DNA from: Eledone cirrhosa
Lineage: Eukaryota
DNA length: 64,000 bases
Assembly: GCA_964016885.1 (NCBI GenBank)
Contig: OZ024744.1
Coordinates: 66,092,001 to 66,156,000, forward strand
Reading direction: 5' to 3'
Part shown: one piece after another, positions 1 through 12,127 of the stretch
Numbering within the stretch: the first letter of the stretch is position 1
Layout of the letters: the number at the start of each line of letters is the position of its first letter
Program-made: the position numbers and the translations under genes
Notes under the pieces: generated by a model
Database searches by the model: none
What the model was told of the DNA's origin: nothing
What the model saw: only the letters and a program-made list of their open reading frames with translations

Positions 1-730
1 CAGAATTCCTGACATCCATGTCTTTATCAAAGCAGAATGTCCAAGCATTGAGTCCCAAGTAACATCTTCTAAAATGCGCTGGAAAGGACATATCGTCCGC
101 TTGAAAGAAAGCAGAATCCCGAAGCAACTGTTTTACGGTGAGCTCCATCTTGGAAACAGGTCTCAGCACAAATCGAAAATGAGGTTCAAGGACAGCATCA
201 GAACAATCTCAAAGAGCTGGCATTTGATAGAGACAACTGGGAGGAGATAGCTCTAAATATGGCTGAATGGAGAAAGCGCACAAAGTCATTTGCAAAACTT
301 TTGAGGAATGTCGTCTAGAACATAAACAACTGAAGCGTCAGCTCCGGAAGAGCTGGCTCACAGTCTTGATGAAGTTATTAGTAATTGGACATGCAAATTC
401 TGTCAACGTGTATTCTTCTCAAAAGCTGGTGCCATTAATCACCTGAACTCACATGAAAGGATAACCACCCGCAGCACCACTCAACAAAGTCTTGGCGAAA
501 CAACTAAAACTAGTTCCGGACTAAAAATACACATTGTGGTACATAAAGATTGTGTCCAACAGGGTGACCCCCCACCAGTCCTGTGGAAAGCACAATTCTC
601 TACTTTCACCTGTGTTGTAAACCCTGCAGATCTACAGCTGGTCTACAAAGTCATCTACGAAGTCATGGAAGCAGATGGGGTGACAATGAAGAATCAATTA
701 AAGACGGCAATCGTCTGTGAAGACGCTGCA
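1..730 (+). mobile_element. RTE-clade (BovB-like) LINE, degenerate 3' end of ORF and 3' UTR
   Basis: Frame from nt 2 reads RIPDIHVFIKAECPSIESQVTSSKMRWKGHIVRLKESRIPKQLFYGELHLGNRSQHKSKMRFKDSI, the RTE C-terminal RWxGHxxR..RIPKQLFYGEL motif. A C2H2-like CKFCQRVFFSKAGAINHLNSH follows; frameshifted. Confidence 0.85.
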
Positions 731-1280
731 AGACTCATTTATGTCCACGTGTATATCCACATTCCTCACATGTAAGTGCCTTTTTCGAACCCTGTTCTGG
801 GAGTAGACTAACACACACACATGCTTCAATGAAACCAAACGGACCGAGGCTGTCCATCGTAGTGATCGCATCACTGGCCACCTCCGTATAAATTCTTTGT
901 TTATATTTCGCTGTAACCCAGTAGAGATTACTTAACCAAATCTTTAAAATCTTTTATGTTCATTCCACCTGATGGCATCGGCGATTGTCTTGTGTCATAG
1001 TCTGATGAAATACGTATTGTGCAATTGCGCAATTCCTGCACCAAAACACGATATAACACATCTTTGGTGGATAATGCGCATAACATCGAGTGCTTTGATT
1101 ATTGCATCACTATCTACTAATCAGAATAACACTGATTAGTTGAACCATCCAACATAAACTGTATGTGAAAAAAAAAATATATCTAGGGAGTGTAACTTGG
1201 AGTTACTGCAGGTTCACCCGGGTGAGCACTCGATGTTTAGGTTCACTTCTGTGTTGAAGTGTAGAGCTATACAGAGTGTA

Positions 1281-1430
1281 ATATATTGAAAGAATAACAA
1301 GGACGATTGGTTACTCCTTCCTTACATTTATTGGTAGGTGACGCGCGTTTCGCCACTGATCAGTGGCGAAACGCGCGTCACCTACCAATAAATGTAAGGA
1401 AGGAGTAACCAATCGTCCTTGTTATTCTTT

Positions 1431-1438
<8 letters not shown>
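1281..1438. repeat. Perfect 158-bp palindrome centred on a hammerhead stem II (PLE-tail snap-back)
   Basis: The two 79-bp arms are exact reverse complements about TGA|TCA at 1359/1360. The axis reads GACGCGCG-TTTC-GCCACTGATCAGTGGC-GAAA-CGCGCG-TC. Confidence 0.9.
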
Positions 1439-1489
<51 letters not shown>

Positions 1490-1684
1490 TGTAGTTGTCT
1501 GTGTGTGTCCTCATTTTTGCAAAGTCTATACAAATCCACATTTCTACTCCGATTGACTTCAAACTTGCATTTATATATTCCTTGCGGTCTAAAGATATTA
1601 ACTGCAGCTTTTATTTTTCAATTTTGTGTTGTTAAAGGAGTGTTAGGCGCCGGTTATCTATCTCTGTCGCGCCCTTATAATATA

Positions 1685-2960
1685 CTAGCAGTAAAGCCCG
1701 GCGTTGCTCGGGGTCGCTCAGTAGCTGTGTTAAAGTTACAATGTTAAGTTTCTTTTTTGGCTTAAAAACTGTAGTGTCTACTGTGCAGACTTGCATGTGG
1801 TGTTTTTGATTAATATTCCCTCAACCAACAATATGCCTTATGAAGTTAAGAAAACATAACGATAACCCGAATGTTATAACAAAAGAGGATGCTGGGGATA
1901 AAAACTGCACTGGTTATTTATTAACAAAGATCGAACATGTAAACACTGCAACGCAGATAAAAACATTAGCGTAACCAAATTATCAGTTATGTCTGTCTGC
2001 ACGCCTATATCACCTCTCTGCACGACTGTCTGTCTGCACGCCTATATCACCTCTCTGCACGACTGTCTGTCTGCACGCCTATATCACCTCTCTGCACGAC
2101 TGTCTGTCTGCACGCCTATATCACCTCTCTGCACGACTGTCTGTCTGCAGGCGTATATCACCTCTCTGCACGACTGTCTGTCTGCACGCGTATATCACCT
2201 CTCTGCACGACTGTCTGTCTGCACGCCTAACGAAATTTACAGATACATATATTTTAAATAAACTTATATAATTTTTGCTTTTTTTTTACGAAATATTTGC
2301 TTGTTTTACGTAGTCTTTAAATATACTTGTTTTCAAGTAAAAATATTGTTTTAAAAGGCTTTTAAATGGAAATGAAGCAAAACGGAAGCTTAGTGTTCGA
2401 ACTGATGAATTTTGCAGGTCAAAATTTTGCTGGCTCGACAACTGTTCGTGTATTGTGTTAATGTCATTTTAAACGCTGAGAAAGCCAGCGTAAAACGTAA
2501 GACGCTCAATGTAAACAGAACAAAGGGAAATAACTCGTCACTTACGCTCAAAAATCGATACATTAGATTCGATTTCGTCACATACGGTGGGTCAATTTGA
2601 AATATTTTTTTTCCGATGTCTTCGCTAGGGCTCAATGTACAAGTATAGCAATTTCGGTGCAATTCCATCAGAGATTCTAAGAGGAGATGTGTGCCAAAAA
2701 TCGATAGACAGACAGACAACCACAGCTTTATATATATAGAACAAAGGGAAATAACTCGTCACTTACGCTCAAAAATCGATAAATTAGATTCGATTTCGTC
2801 ACATAGGGTGGGTCAATTTGAAATATTTTTTTCCGATGTCTTCGCTAGGGCTCAATGTACAAGTATAGCAATTTCGGTGCAATTCCGTCAGAGATTCTAA
2901 GAGGAGATGTGTGCCAAAAATCGATAGACAGACAGACAACCACAGCTTTATATATATAGA
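1685..2960 (-). mobile_element. Non-autonomous Helitron nested in another Helitron, with a duplicated 220-bp 5' end
   Basis: Minus-strand 5' end A|TCTATATATATAAAGCTGTGGTTGTCTGTC at 2960; 3' hairpin CCCGAGCAACGCCGGG + CTAG at 1688-1685. 2521-2740 and 2741-2960 are near-identical tandem copies. Confidence 0.8.
1990..2228. repeat. 36-bp minisatellite (~6.5 units) inside the Helitron
   Basis: Unit CTGTCTGTCTGCACGCCTATATCACCTCTCTGCACGA-like is repeated directly with no variable spacers. Confidence 0.95.
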
Positions 2961-3144
2961 TGTCTGTATGTCTGGCTGTCTGCATTACGACATTATGATA
3001 AACATTGATGACGTATTATGTTCGCTATTTTCCGTTCATTGCCAGGGAACGTCTTCACGAACCAAAGTATCGTCTTCCTGTTTTCCTTCGGTTGCAACGT
3101 TTTTCGAAATATTTACTTCTGCGTTCACAGATTGATTTTTTTTT

Positions 3145-3195
3145 AGTTTCAGAAGATCCCGTTAAGGGTGAAAGCAGCGATTCTTTGCTTAAACT
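3145..3195 (+). ncRNA. Hammerhead-ribozyme-like motif with variant core CAGAAGA (family E)
   Basis: AGTTT-CAGAAGA-TCCCGTTAAGGGT-GAAA-GCAGCGATTCTTTGC-TT-AAACT. Stems I, II and III can pair; copies at 18090-18140(-) and 20682-20732(+). Confidence 0.65.
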
Positions 3196-3926
3196 TTAAT
3201 CTGTTATTTTAATATATAATATAAACGAGGCAAGCCAGCCCAGTTGCCATTTCTTGCCAATAAACGTTAACCCTTTGTGCGCCATTCATCTAACTGTAGA
3301 CCAACAAATACGTAGCGTTGACAAGAACAATGGCGAATGAATCTTCGAGGTAAGCAGATTCCTCCCGAGCTGTTAGTTCACGCGGGATTCTCTGCTACAC
3401 CTTTTCGTATTAATACCGAACAACGTACTGCTGGTCACTCCTTCCTCCAAAAGCCGTACAAAGCGGACATGTGCATCGGGTGCAAATCTACACCAGGCCT
3501 ACGCGAAAATTTCGCAAGGGTCTGTACCGAGAGGGATAGAGAGAAAGAGTAACTTAGTGGAAAGATTGCGAATGAACTAGTGATGTAAGTAGCCTACGCC
3601 TTATTGCTATGACACTGGAACCTTCTGCCAACTTAACCTGTGACTTTCTCTTTCACATTTATTCCAATAAGCCAAAACAGACTGGAAACGCCGGGGGACA
3701 ACTATCACAGAAGGAGTATGAAAAGAAGGGGCTCAACAATATTTCTATGAACAATGCACGTAGACAGCTAAACTGTACTTTCAACTTCTTAATTTTCTCC
3801 AAATAAAACAAGTTTCCTGTCGGTATATTTTCGTGAGTCTTTAACAGGCTCTCACAAATAAACGTTTGTCATTGGAGGTGCTATTACCAATGTTCTTACC
3901 CGTTCAACGCCGGGATACACTGCTAG

Positions 3927-3983
<57 letters not shown>

Positions 3984-4323
3984 TAGGGTGTGGTAAAAAC
4001 CAGCTAGACCAAAACCCACCAGATTACTCGATACTTGGGGTATATATATATATATATATATATAAGAAAAAGGTCAAGGGCTCGTAAATACTCAACTAAC
4101 GTATTAAGTACCTTTTTTAACTGTGGCCACTTCCCGATATATATTAGGAATCCACCTATATATATATATATATATATATACATATATAAATATATATATA
4201 TAGGAGGTGAGTTTTATTGTAGCACAATAAAGCAATGCAAATATCGGATAAGTAGCACTCAACAATTTATAGGACTGGAGTATAAATAATATAAAATCAA
4301 AAGATGGTTAAAAGGGTTCCATG

Positions 4324-4394
4324 TATTTTATTATGCGCATTTCAAAAACAAATATCATCATGGGATGATATTTGCGTCCTCATCAGATAAAATA
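4324..4394 (-). ncRNA. Type I hammerhead ribozyme in PLE pLTR (family A)
   Basis: Minus strand reads TATTTTAT-CTGATGA-GGACGCAAATATCATCCCATGATGATATTTGTTTTT-GAAA-TGCGCA-TA-ATAAAATA. It has an 8-bp stem I and a short palindromic stem III typical of PLE minimal HHRs. Confidence 0.88.
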
Positions 4395-5245
4395 GGGAGA
4401 CATGATATGAAGGTTAAAAAACACTTGCGAGCAAGATTGGAAAAAAGGAAAGGAAGGGGGGGGGGGGAGAAAAGGTAAGGAAGAGGAAGAAAAAATATAG
4501 ATAGAAGAAAAAAAAATAATAAGGAAAGGATGACGGAGGAGGAGTATAAGAAGGAAGGATGAGAGAGGAGGCGAAAATGAGTGAGAGAGAGAGAGATAAC
4601 CTTTAATACTGAGAAACACTGTCTCACAGAGAAAATTGAAAAAAAACCGTTGTAAGATAATACATAATTTTAAAAAAATTAAGAAATTAAAAGTTAATGA
4701 GGTTTATGAATGGTGATGCTTATGGTTAAAGAAGGGTTTAATAAGATGTGCGAAAAGGAATTTATTAAAATGTATTATTAAAATAAAATATATTAAGAAG
4801 ATAAGGTGAATGAAGATAAGGTTAAATGAATTATGAACTTAGAGGAATTAATTAGGGTCCGAGTTTGTTTCAATATATTGTAATAGGAAAAAGTAAATAA
4901 TAGAGTTAATACGAGCATGGAAAGAGAGAAGGAAGAAAAAATATAACGTCAAAAAAATATGTTTACAAAATTTCTCTAATGGTAATATTAGTATATATTA
5001 AAAATAAAAATTTGTATGGCCGAGAATATAATGAAAATGCTATAGTGAGTTATAAGATGAATTAAGAAGTAATTGAGAAGTAAAAGTTGCAGATTAAAGA
5101 TTAGAAATTAAAAAAAGAAGAAAAATTAGGGGACCGCTAACGACATAGTATGAGTAATATTGTATAAGGTAGAAAGATGGGTATATTTAAAAAAAATATA
5201 AAAGTGTTTGAGAAAAAGATTTTAAACTAATTATGTAGTAAGATA

Positions 5246-6112
5246 TTAGCTGTATACTTTATGGAAAGTTCTATGGGATTTATACAAGCAGAGCGAAAAT
5301 AAATCCCTACGTCTATTTATTATAGAATTAAAATTAGAGATAATGGTAAATTTCTCTGCTAAGCAGAGATTACATGTTCTCGATAGGGAAGAATTAAGGT
5401 AAGAAGAGGCGTTGCAAACCTTTCTCCAAGAAATGTAGTTAATATTTTTGTACTTTAAGGACCATATGAATTCTGAGAGTGCTGTGTTAGTTCTTTTAAG
5501 TGGGTATCTAAAAGAAGAATTGTGATTATAAAATCTTGCCTTAAAGGAAGTGGAGCCAAAATAGGTAAAAGAATTAGTACCAGTTATAACCTTACATTCA
5601 TACACTAAATTTTTATCAGGACCTTGGTTACTAAGAGGACATTTAGTTCTAATAGGGCAATTGCAATTACGATTAGAGTAATTACCAGAGTTATTAGCAA
5701 GTGACCCTGTATTATTTATAGAAGGAATTGAATTGGAGAAGTTACTTACGATAGGTGCTAAAGTTTCCTGATTTAGATTGGTATTATGAACATTCGACAA
5801 AGTTGCGTTTGACGTCGTATTTAAATTTACGGAATCTAGCCTAGAGTTAACATTGACGTCGGGCTTATTATTGTTATTATTATGACGCTCAGTGTTGGAT
5901 GGATATGATTTATTATTTAATATTTTAGTATTATGTTTTGAGATAATGTTAGAGATGTTGGAAGTGGTGGAATAAGAGAATTTAATTGTATGCTTATTAA
6001 AGATCTTACTATAAATATGTGAAGGAGGGAAGCATTTATCTAAGGCCCTAAAAAATAGTTTAGGAATATTACTAATAATAGATAGAGAAAAAGGAACGTT
6101 ATACCAAATCAT
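5246..6112 (-). pseudogene. PLE C-terminal GIY-YIG endonuclease ORF fragment
   Basis: WYNVPFS..FPPSHIYSKIFNKHTIKFSYS, an Asn-rich linker, then CNCPIRTKCPL..VYECKV..YFGSTS.FKARFYNH..TALS..CNLCLAEK. Confidence 0.88.
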
Positions 6113-7111
6113 ATTTTTATATCTAGGTCTTTTCTTTATGCTTTTGGAATGCTTATAACTAACTATATTACTATAAGTTCCTCCATGATTGGTTTCTTTA
6201 TTGTATTTAATTTTGTCAGGATAACCGGCTCTGGAAAGCGCATTGTTGTAATAATTGGATTTAGCGTCAAAGATAAGTTTATTAGAAGATAGATTTGAGA
6301 TTCTTTTTTCAACATTACTGACTATAGCATTTTTAACGTTAATAGGGTGGTTAGATTTAAAATTAAGATAATTTAGATTCTCATTGTCTTTATGGTAAGG
6401 GTAATATAGGCCGGTGTCAAGATTAAGGGATATATCCAGGAAGTTAGCTAGTTGTTTTCAAATTCAATATTTAGGTTATGGTGCTTAAATAGATCAAGTA
6501 TATTATTCTTAATAATATTAAGGTTAACTAAGTTACAGTTTAAGACAGTAAAAAGGGCATCGTCACGATAAATTCCACCGCGAAGTTGAGGAATTTTCCA
6601 TTTTAAAGATTTATCTTCTTAATATATTTTATTTTAATAATACATTTTAATAAATTCCTTTTCGCACATCTTATTACACCCTTCAATATATAAACCTTAA
6701 ATAAATAGTATTCTTAATTCCTTATCCTTTAATCATAAGCATCACCATTCATAAACCTCATTAACTTTTAATTTCTTAATTTTTTTAAATTATGTATTAT
6801 CTTACAACGGTTTTTTTTCAATTTTGTCTGTGAGACAGTGTTTCTCAGTATTAAAGGTTATCTCTCCCTCTCTCTCTCTCACTCATTTTCTCCTCTCTCA
6901 TCCTTCCTTCTTATACTCCTCCTCCGTCATCCTTTCCTTATTATTATATTTTTTTCTTCTATCTATATTTTTTCTTCCTCTTCCTTACCTTTTCTTTCCC
7001 CCTTCCTTTCCTTTTTTCCAATCTCATATATCCCTCTAATTTTATTTTTCATGTGTTGATTTGACACTTCACTGCTCGCAAGTGTTTTTTAACCTTCATA
7101 TCATGTCTCCC

Positions 7112-7182
7112 TATTTTATCTGATGAGAACGCAAATATCATCCCATGATGATATTTGTTTTGGAAATGCGCATAATAAAATA
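7112..7182 (+). ncRNA. Type I hammerhead ribozyme in inverted pLTR copy (family A)
   Basis: TATTTTAT-CTGATGA-stem II-GAAA-TGCGCA-TA-ATAAAATA. Confidence 0.85.
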
Positions 7183-7212
7183 CATGGAACTCTTTTAACC
7201 ATCTTTTGATTT

Positions 7213-7293
<81 letters not shown>

Positions 7294-7507
7294 GCGAGAA
7301 TCGCATTTCGGCGGGTAGAAAAGGCGAAACGAAACGCAAAAATCAGAAATGATACTGGCAAGCGCTCGATAGTTTAAAAAAAACAGAGCTAAACAGAGTT
7401 AAGCGGCCATACAAAACTGAAATAGTGGTGAAGAAAGCGTCAACCACCTAAGCCAAAAAGCAAATCAAGCTAAAACAGGTCAAAACAAAATAAAATAAAT
7501 GATAAAG

Positions 7508-7565
<58 letters not shown>

Positions 7566-7655
7566 AAACAGAATAACAAAAATAACGAAACAAATGGCAC
7601 AGTACATGGAAGAAATATATTATTTTAACGAACGCTTGAAATAGCAGGAAGAGAG

Positions 7656-7691
7656 TCTTAACGTTTCGGACACTAGTCTTTCATCAGAAAA
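7656..7691 (-). ncRNA. Minimal hammerhead motif (family F)
   Basis: Minus strand TTTT-CTGATGA-AAGACTAGTGTCC-GAAA-CG-TT-AAGA. A degenerate copy with the same downstream tail is at 16273-16308(+). Confidence 0.7.
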
Positions 7692-8374
7692 TCGAGTTAG
7701 AAATAGAAGACACACACATATATATATATATATACACACATATATAGGTGGATTCCTGATATATATCGGGAGGTGACCACAGTTAAAAAAGATACTTAAT
7801 ACGTTGAGTATTTACGAACTCTTAACCTTTTTCTTATACATGGGTGGCACGAACATGGCATTTTAGCCCTACCAAGTACTTAGACACGTTTCTGTATATG
7901 CTGCAGCGAAAGAATAAAGAAAAACGCCATGTCGACGCAACACACATGAAAGTTGTTTAGAACATGTGATGCCTGTGGCTGAAGAGGTTTAATGATGATA
8001 GGTCTTGCATTGGATTAATCTCATTCACTGAACAACAGTGACGGGTTTTCAAGAGAAGAAGAGGTTAACATCATTGGCTGCCATCGAGTTGCATGTTTTA
8101 CATTACTCCTAACCACACATATATGTATGTATATGTAAGTAAAAAATAAACAGAAATAAGAAAGCAAACCACACAGTACAATGAATATATATATATATAT
8201 TCAATGATATTAAATAAATTATACTCCAGAAAACTTGTCGAGTGCTCTAAATCAGTTATAAACATTTACATTTGTTGAATTACCCCAACAAATTGAATAT
8301 CCCTTTTGCTTATATATATATGAATAAATGTACAGGTATGCAGCCAGCATTATATAGACATATCCCTTAACGGT

Positions 8375-8490
8375 CTGAGTTCAAATCCCGTCGAGGTTAA
8401 CTTTGCCTTTCATCCTTACGAGGTCGATAAAATAAAGTACCAGTAATGTACTGGATAATTTGCTGGCCTTGTGTCAAAAGTAGAAACAAT
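8375..8490 (+). mobile_element. tRNA-derived SINE fragment
   Basis: GAGTTCAAATCCCG B-box + CTTTGCCTTTCATCCTTACGAGGTCGATAAAATAAAGTACCAG core shared by about 10 copies in the window. Confidence 0.8.
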
Positions 8491-8650
8491 TATATAGACT
8501 TATATTGTATCGAAACATATGTTAACGAACTTTTGATAAAATTCTTAATTTTTCAATACTTTACGCCTAATATTTGTTTTTCCTATACCTTTAATTATAT
8601 ATATGAAAAGAGTCAGGACCCCGACGTCTGAGCTCCAGCCGTTTCGAACT

Positions 8651-8718
<68 letters not shown>

Positions 8719-8758
8719 GCACATACACAAACACACATATACACACATATATATACAC

Positions 8759-8799
<41 letters not shown>

Positions 8800-8810
8800 C
8801 ACTCACAAAC

Positions 8811-8843
<33 letters not shown>

Positions 8844-9539
8844 TATATATATATATCACACTGAGAGTTTCTTTGACGATTTCCTTTGTCGCTACTCACA
8901 GTTCCAAGTATTGATATAATCTCTCTCTCTCTCTCATACATACATACATACACACATGTCACCTAGTATATAAGCAAAATCATTTGTAATTTGTAAATAT
9001 AAAAAATAAATACACATTCACACAGACACACACACCATCGCCTATATCTCTCCTTTATTCACACACACACACACACGCGTGTCCTTATACACACACATAT
9101 ATATACACACTTTATCTCTCACTATCATCATCATCATCAACGTTATGATCTCCAACGCGGTCATTAATTAGATGTTGTCAGTTTTCAGTTTTAGTATGCA
9201 ATGAGAACAATGAGAGAGAGAGAGAGAGAGAAAGAGAGATGAGGGGGAGAAGAAATAAATAAATAAAGAATGTATGTGTTTGTAGCAGAGAGAGCGTAAC
9301 TGATGAGTCGTATTTAGTAAAACTCTGTGGAGAGTGGTGGACAAGTTGAACATGTTAAATCATGCACATCGGAAACCTTATTATCATTTGTACGAAGAAG
9401 CATTAAATGCGAATTAGAAGAAAGTTAGTGACCAAACATACACATCTGGCAAAATGCCAAGCGTTAGTGTCAATTTGTGTTTCACAAATATTGGTATATA
9501 TCTCACGTATTTCACTGTATGTATTTGTCTATCTAGTAC

Positions 9540-10025
9540 CCAGCCAATCAACTATGCAACAAACCTAACAGCCAACCGATCAACCAACCAGCCAACCAAC
9601 AAACGATCCGGTCAGCCAGTCAACCAACCAGCCAACCAGTCAATTGACCAACCAGCCAGCCAACCAACCAACGAGCTAGACAGCCAACCAGCCAACCAGA
9701 CAGACAGCCAACCGGCCAGCCAAACCAATCTACTCACATATTTACCTATTTCCCTCCCTAGTTACTTACCTACCCGCCTACCTGTCTGCCTGCCGACCAA
9801 AAACAACCAACCTTCCTACCTCCCTACCTACCAACCAATCTACCTATCTACTGACATACCTTCCTATCTGCCTACCCATCTACCAATCTACCTACCTACC
9901 TACCCACCTACCTACCAATCTACCTACCTACATACATACTTTCCTATCTAACTACCTATCTAATTACCCACCAACCTACCTACCAACCTACCTACCAACC
10001 TACCTATCAACCTACCTATCAACCA
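9540..10025. repeat. Degenerate (CCAA/CCAG)n and (CCTA)n tetranucleotide tract
   Basis: Low-complexity tetranucleotide repeats; the ORF at 9454-9951 is an artefact. Confidence 0.9.
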
Positions 10026-10029
10026 AACA

Positions 10030-10170
10030 ACATATGTTGATGCCCTAAAGACAGACACCGGTCTCTTGGAGACGCAGGACATGGCGGCGATGATGAAGGA
10101 CAGAGACCGCTGGAGAAAACTCGTCCATGGATCTCGGGAATTTTACCCGCCCTAGATAGATAGATAGATA
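10030..10170 (+). mobile_element. RTE-type LINE 3' terminus with (TAGA)n tail
   Basis: YVDALKTDTGLLETQDMAAMMKDRDRWRKLV (DRxxWR terminal motif) followed directly by TAGATAGA. Confidence 0.7.
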
Positions 10171-10171
10171 G

Positions 10172-12127
10172 ATATATTTCTTTATTAGCCACAGGGGCAC
10201 AAAAGAAGGGGACAAATACAAAGGGGAAAGTTTACATACAATAAAAACGTGTAAAATGTTATCACAGATGGAATTTAAAAAGTTAGTCGATTTTCCCCAA
10301 TAGAGGGAGACAGTTTATATGAGTAACACATACCCCCGAAAAAAATGTGCAACCCTCATCTCCAGGAGTACGAAGAGTTTGTACTCCCTTCCTCTCCTCC
10401 TCCTTTTCCTCAACCAACAGGCTGATATAGAGAGAAGGCCCATTCACTCGGGCCATTCTCGCCACTTTCACCCACCTTTCATAAAACTTGATGGGGTACA
10501 GCACCTCTCTCTCCATCCTGATTCTTCTTCCAAAGTGGTATTTGAAAAAAAGAATCAGTTGTTGGCCGGAGAGAAAGGTGTCTGACCTCAGCCCTTTCAA
10601 CCTTGTCCACCATACAACCTCTTTCGTCATAGCTATCACACAAAGGAAAACCGCCTCTCCTTCGTTTTTGAAGGAGGGTGGCGGTTTGATCGTGACAATG
10701 GACTCGGTGGTCAACTGGACTGGTCCCACCCGCGACAATAGTCGTTCTACATAGCCCCACAGGTCAGTCACGCCCGGGCAGTGTATGAATGCGTGCGCGA
10801 CGGTTTCTTCGTCTTGCACGCACCTCGGACAGATCTTTTTTGCAGGGTCCCTGCCCGGGCGCCCATGTCTGTAGAGCTTGTCTCGAACTGGTAGAGCTCC
10901 TCGGTAGCACTGCCAGGCCAGGGACTTTTGGAAGTTGTCCATCGGTCCCGGGCGGAAGGTCCTACCGAACAGACTGGCCAGTTCATCTTCCTCTACGCCT
11001 AGAGTTTCACCGAGCGCGTCGTCGCACTTGCTGCGGACTAACCCTCTATAGAATGACGAAGTGGAGTCTCCACTGATTGCCGGGTCCGCCTGCCAGAGGG
11101 CTGTGAGCGCCTGAGCACATTCGATGTGCCAGTCGCCCATTTTCCTCGGTCTTTGCTTGACCCAGGACTGCAGCTCGGTCAGCGAGACGAGTCGTGGGAA
11201 GGTTCGCCTCACGAACGGGGCCCACACCGGTTGTCCGGTGAGGAATACGTAGAGATGCCGCAGCCTGAGCGCGTGTTTGCGCATCGTCAACCACGGCATC
11301 CGCAACCCTCCGTTAGAAGGGTATTGGCAGCAGATGGATCTTCTCACCAAAGGAGTCCGCCTCTTCCAAAGGAATCGGAAGAGCGCGCGCTCCATTTTGG
11401 CGAGCGTTTTGGCTGGACAAGGCACGACGGTCAAGCGGTAGTAGATGGCGGACGCTATAAAAGTGTTCGTCACCTCCGCTCGACCTTTCAAGGATAGTTT
11501 GCACTCGGCCCACTTCTGGGTGAGTGCAAACACCTTGGCCGTCACTTCGTTCCAGTTCTTCTCCACCTGGAGGTCCGGACCAAACCAGACCCCGAGCAGC
11601 TTTACCGGTCCTTCCGTCCAGCGTCCGACGACGCCATCGGAAGGCATCGGTCTGCCTCTCCACGATCCGAGTTGCAAACCGATGGACTTGTCCCGGTTCA
11701 GCTTCGCTCCTGTGACACTTTCGTATTCCTTCAGTAAGGTGCCGACTTCCTCGATTTGCGAGGCATTCGACACCATTACTGTCACGTCGTCGGCGTAGGC
11801 CGACGCCGCTTTCCGCAGTCCCGGTTCCAGAGGGATGCCCTGCAATAGCTCCAGCTTCCGCAGTAGTGGCTCGAGAGTCAGTACGTACAGAAGGGAGGAG
11901 AGAGGGCATCCCTGTCGAATGGATCGCGTAATATGGAACGGCTCCGAGAGGAAGCCGTTCACCTTGACCCTTGAGCAGATGTTGCTGTTGTGCATTGCAG
12001 CAATCCAGCCCCTGAACACGGGTCCGAAGCCTGCCGCCTCGAGCACCGCATCCAGGTAACGATGGTCAACCCTATCGAAAGCCTTAGACTGATCCAAGTT
12101 GATCAGGGCCCCACCGAAGCCGGGTGG
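10172..12127 (-). mobile_element. Tx1/L1-clade non-LTR retrotransposon, 5'-truncated ORF2 (RT + zinc finger), inserted in (TATC)n
   Basis: LDQSKAFDRVDH, RQGCPLS, YADD and CPRC..ETVAHAFIHC in an uninterrupted frame. The 3' UTR ends GTGGCTAATAAAGAAA. (TATC)n lies on both sides, and ORF residues from 12128-12337 are microsatellite/flank. Confidence 0.95.

Larger units (their letters stand above)
1470..3926 (+). mobile_element. Non-autonomous Helitron (outer element) containing a nested Helitron and captured sequence
   Basis: The 5' start (TA)nAAAACTGTAGTTGTCTGTGTG resembles the other Helitron heads. The 3' end is CCCGTTCAACGCCGGG hairpin + CTAG|T at 3923-3926. Sequence either side of the 1685-2960 insert (GCGCCCTTATAATA / TGTCTGTATGTCTGGCTGTCTGCATTAC) is contiguous in the copy at ~18225-18275. 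Confidence 0.7.
4240..7220 (-). mobile_element. Penelope-like element, 5'-truncated, with inverted pseudo-LTR copy
   Basis: RT remnant GGIYRDDALF (~6550-6580) and YYPYHKDNENLNYLNFKSNHP. The GIY-YIG endonuclease lies in ORF 5246-6112 (CNC..CPL, LVYECKV..YFGST, FKARFYNH, CNLC). 4286-4805 is repeated inverted at 6611-7220. Confidence 0.92.

Noticed and set aside
9299-9340. CTGATGA..AAAA-CTCT-GTGG-AGAG-TG hammerhead-like string
   Set aside because: It lacks GAAA, a paired stem II and stem I, and a valid cleavage triplet.
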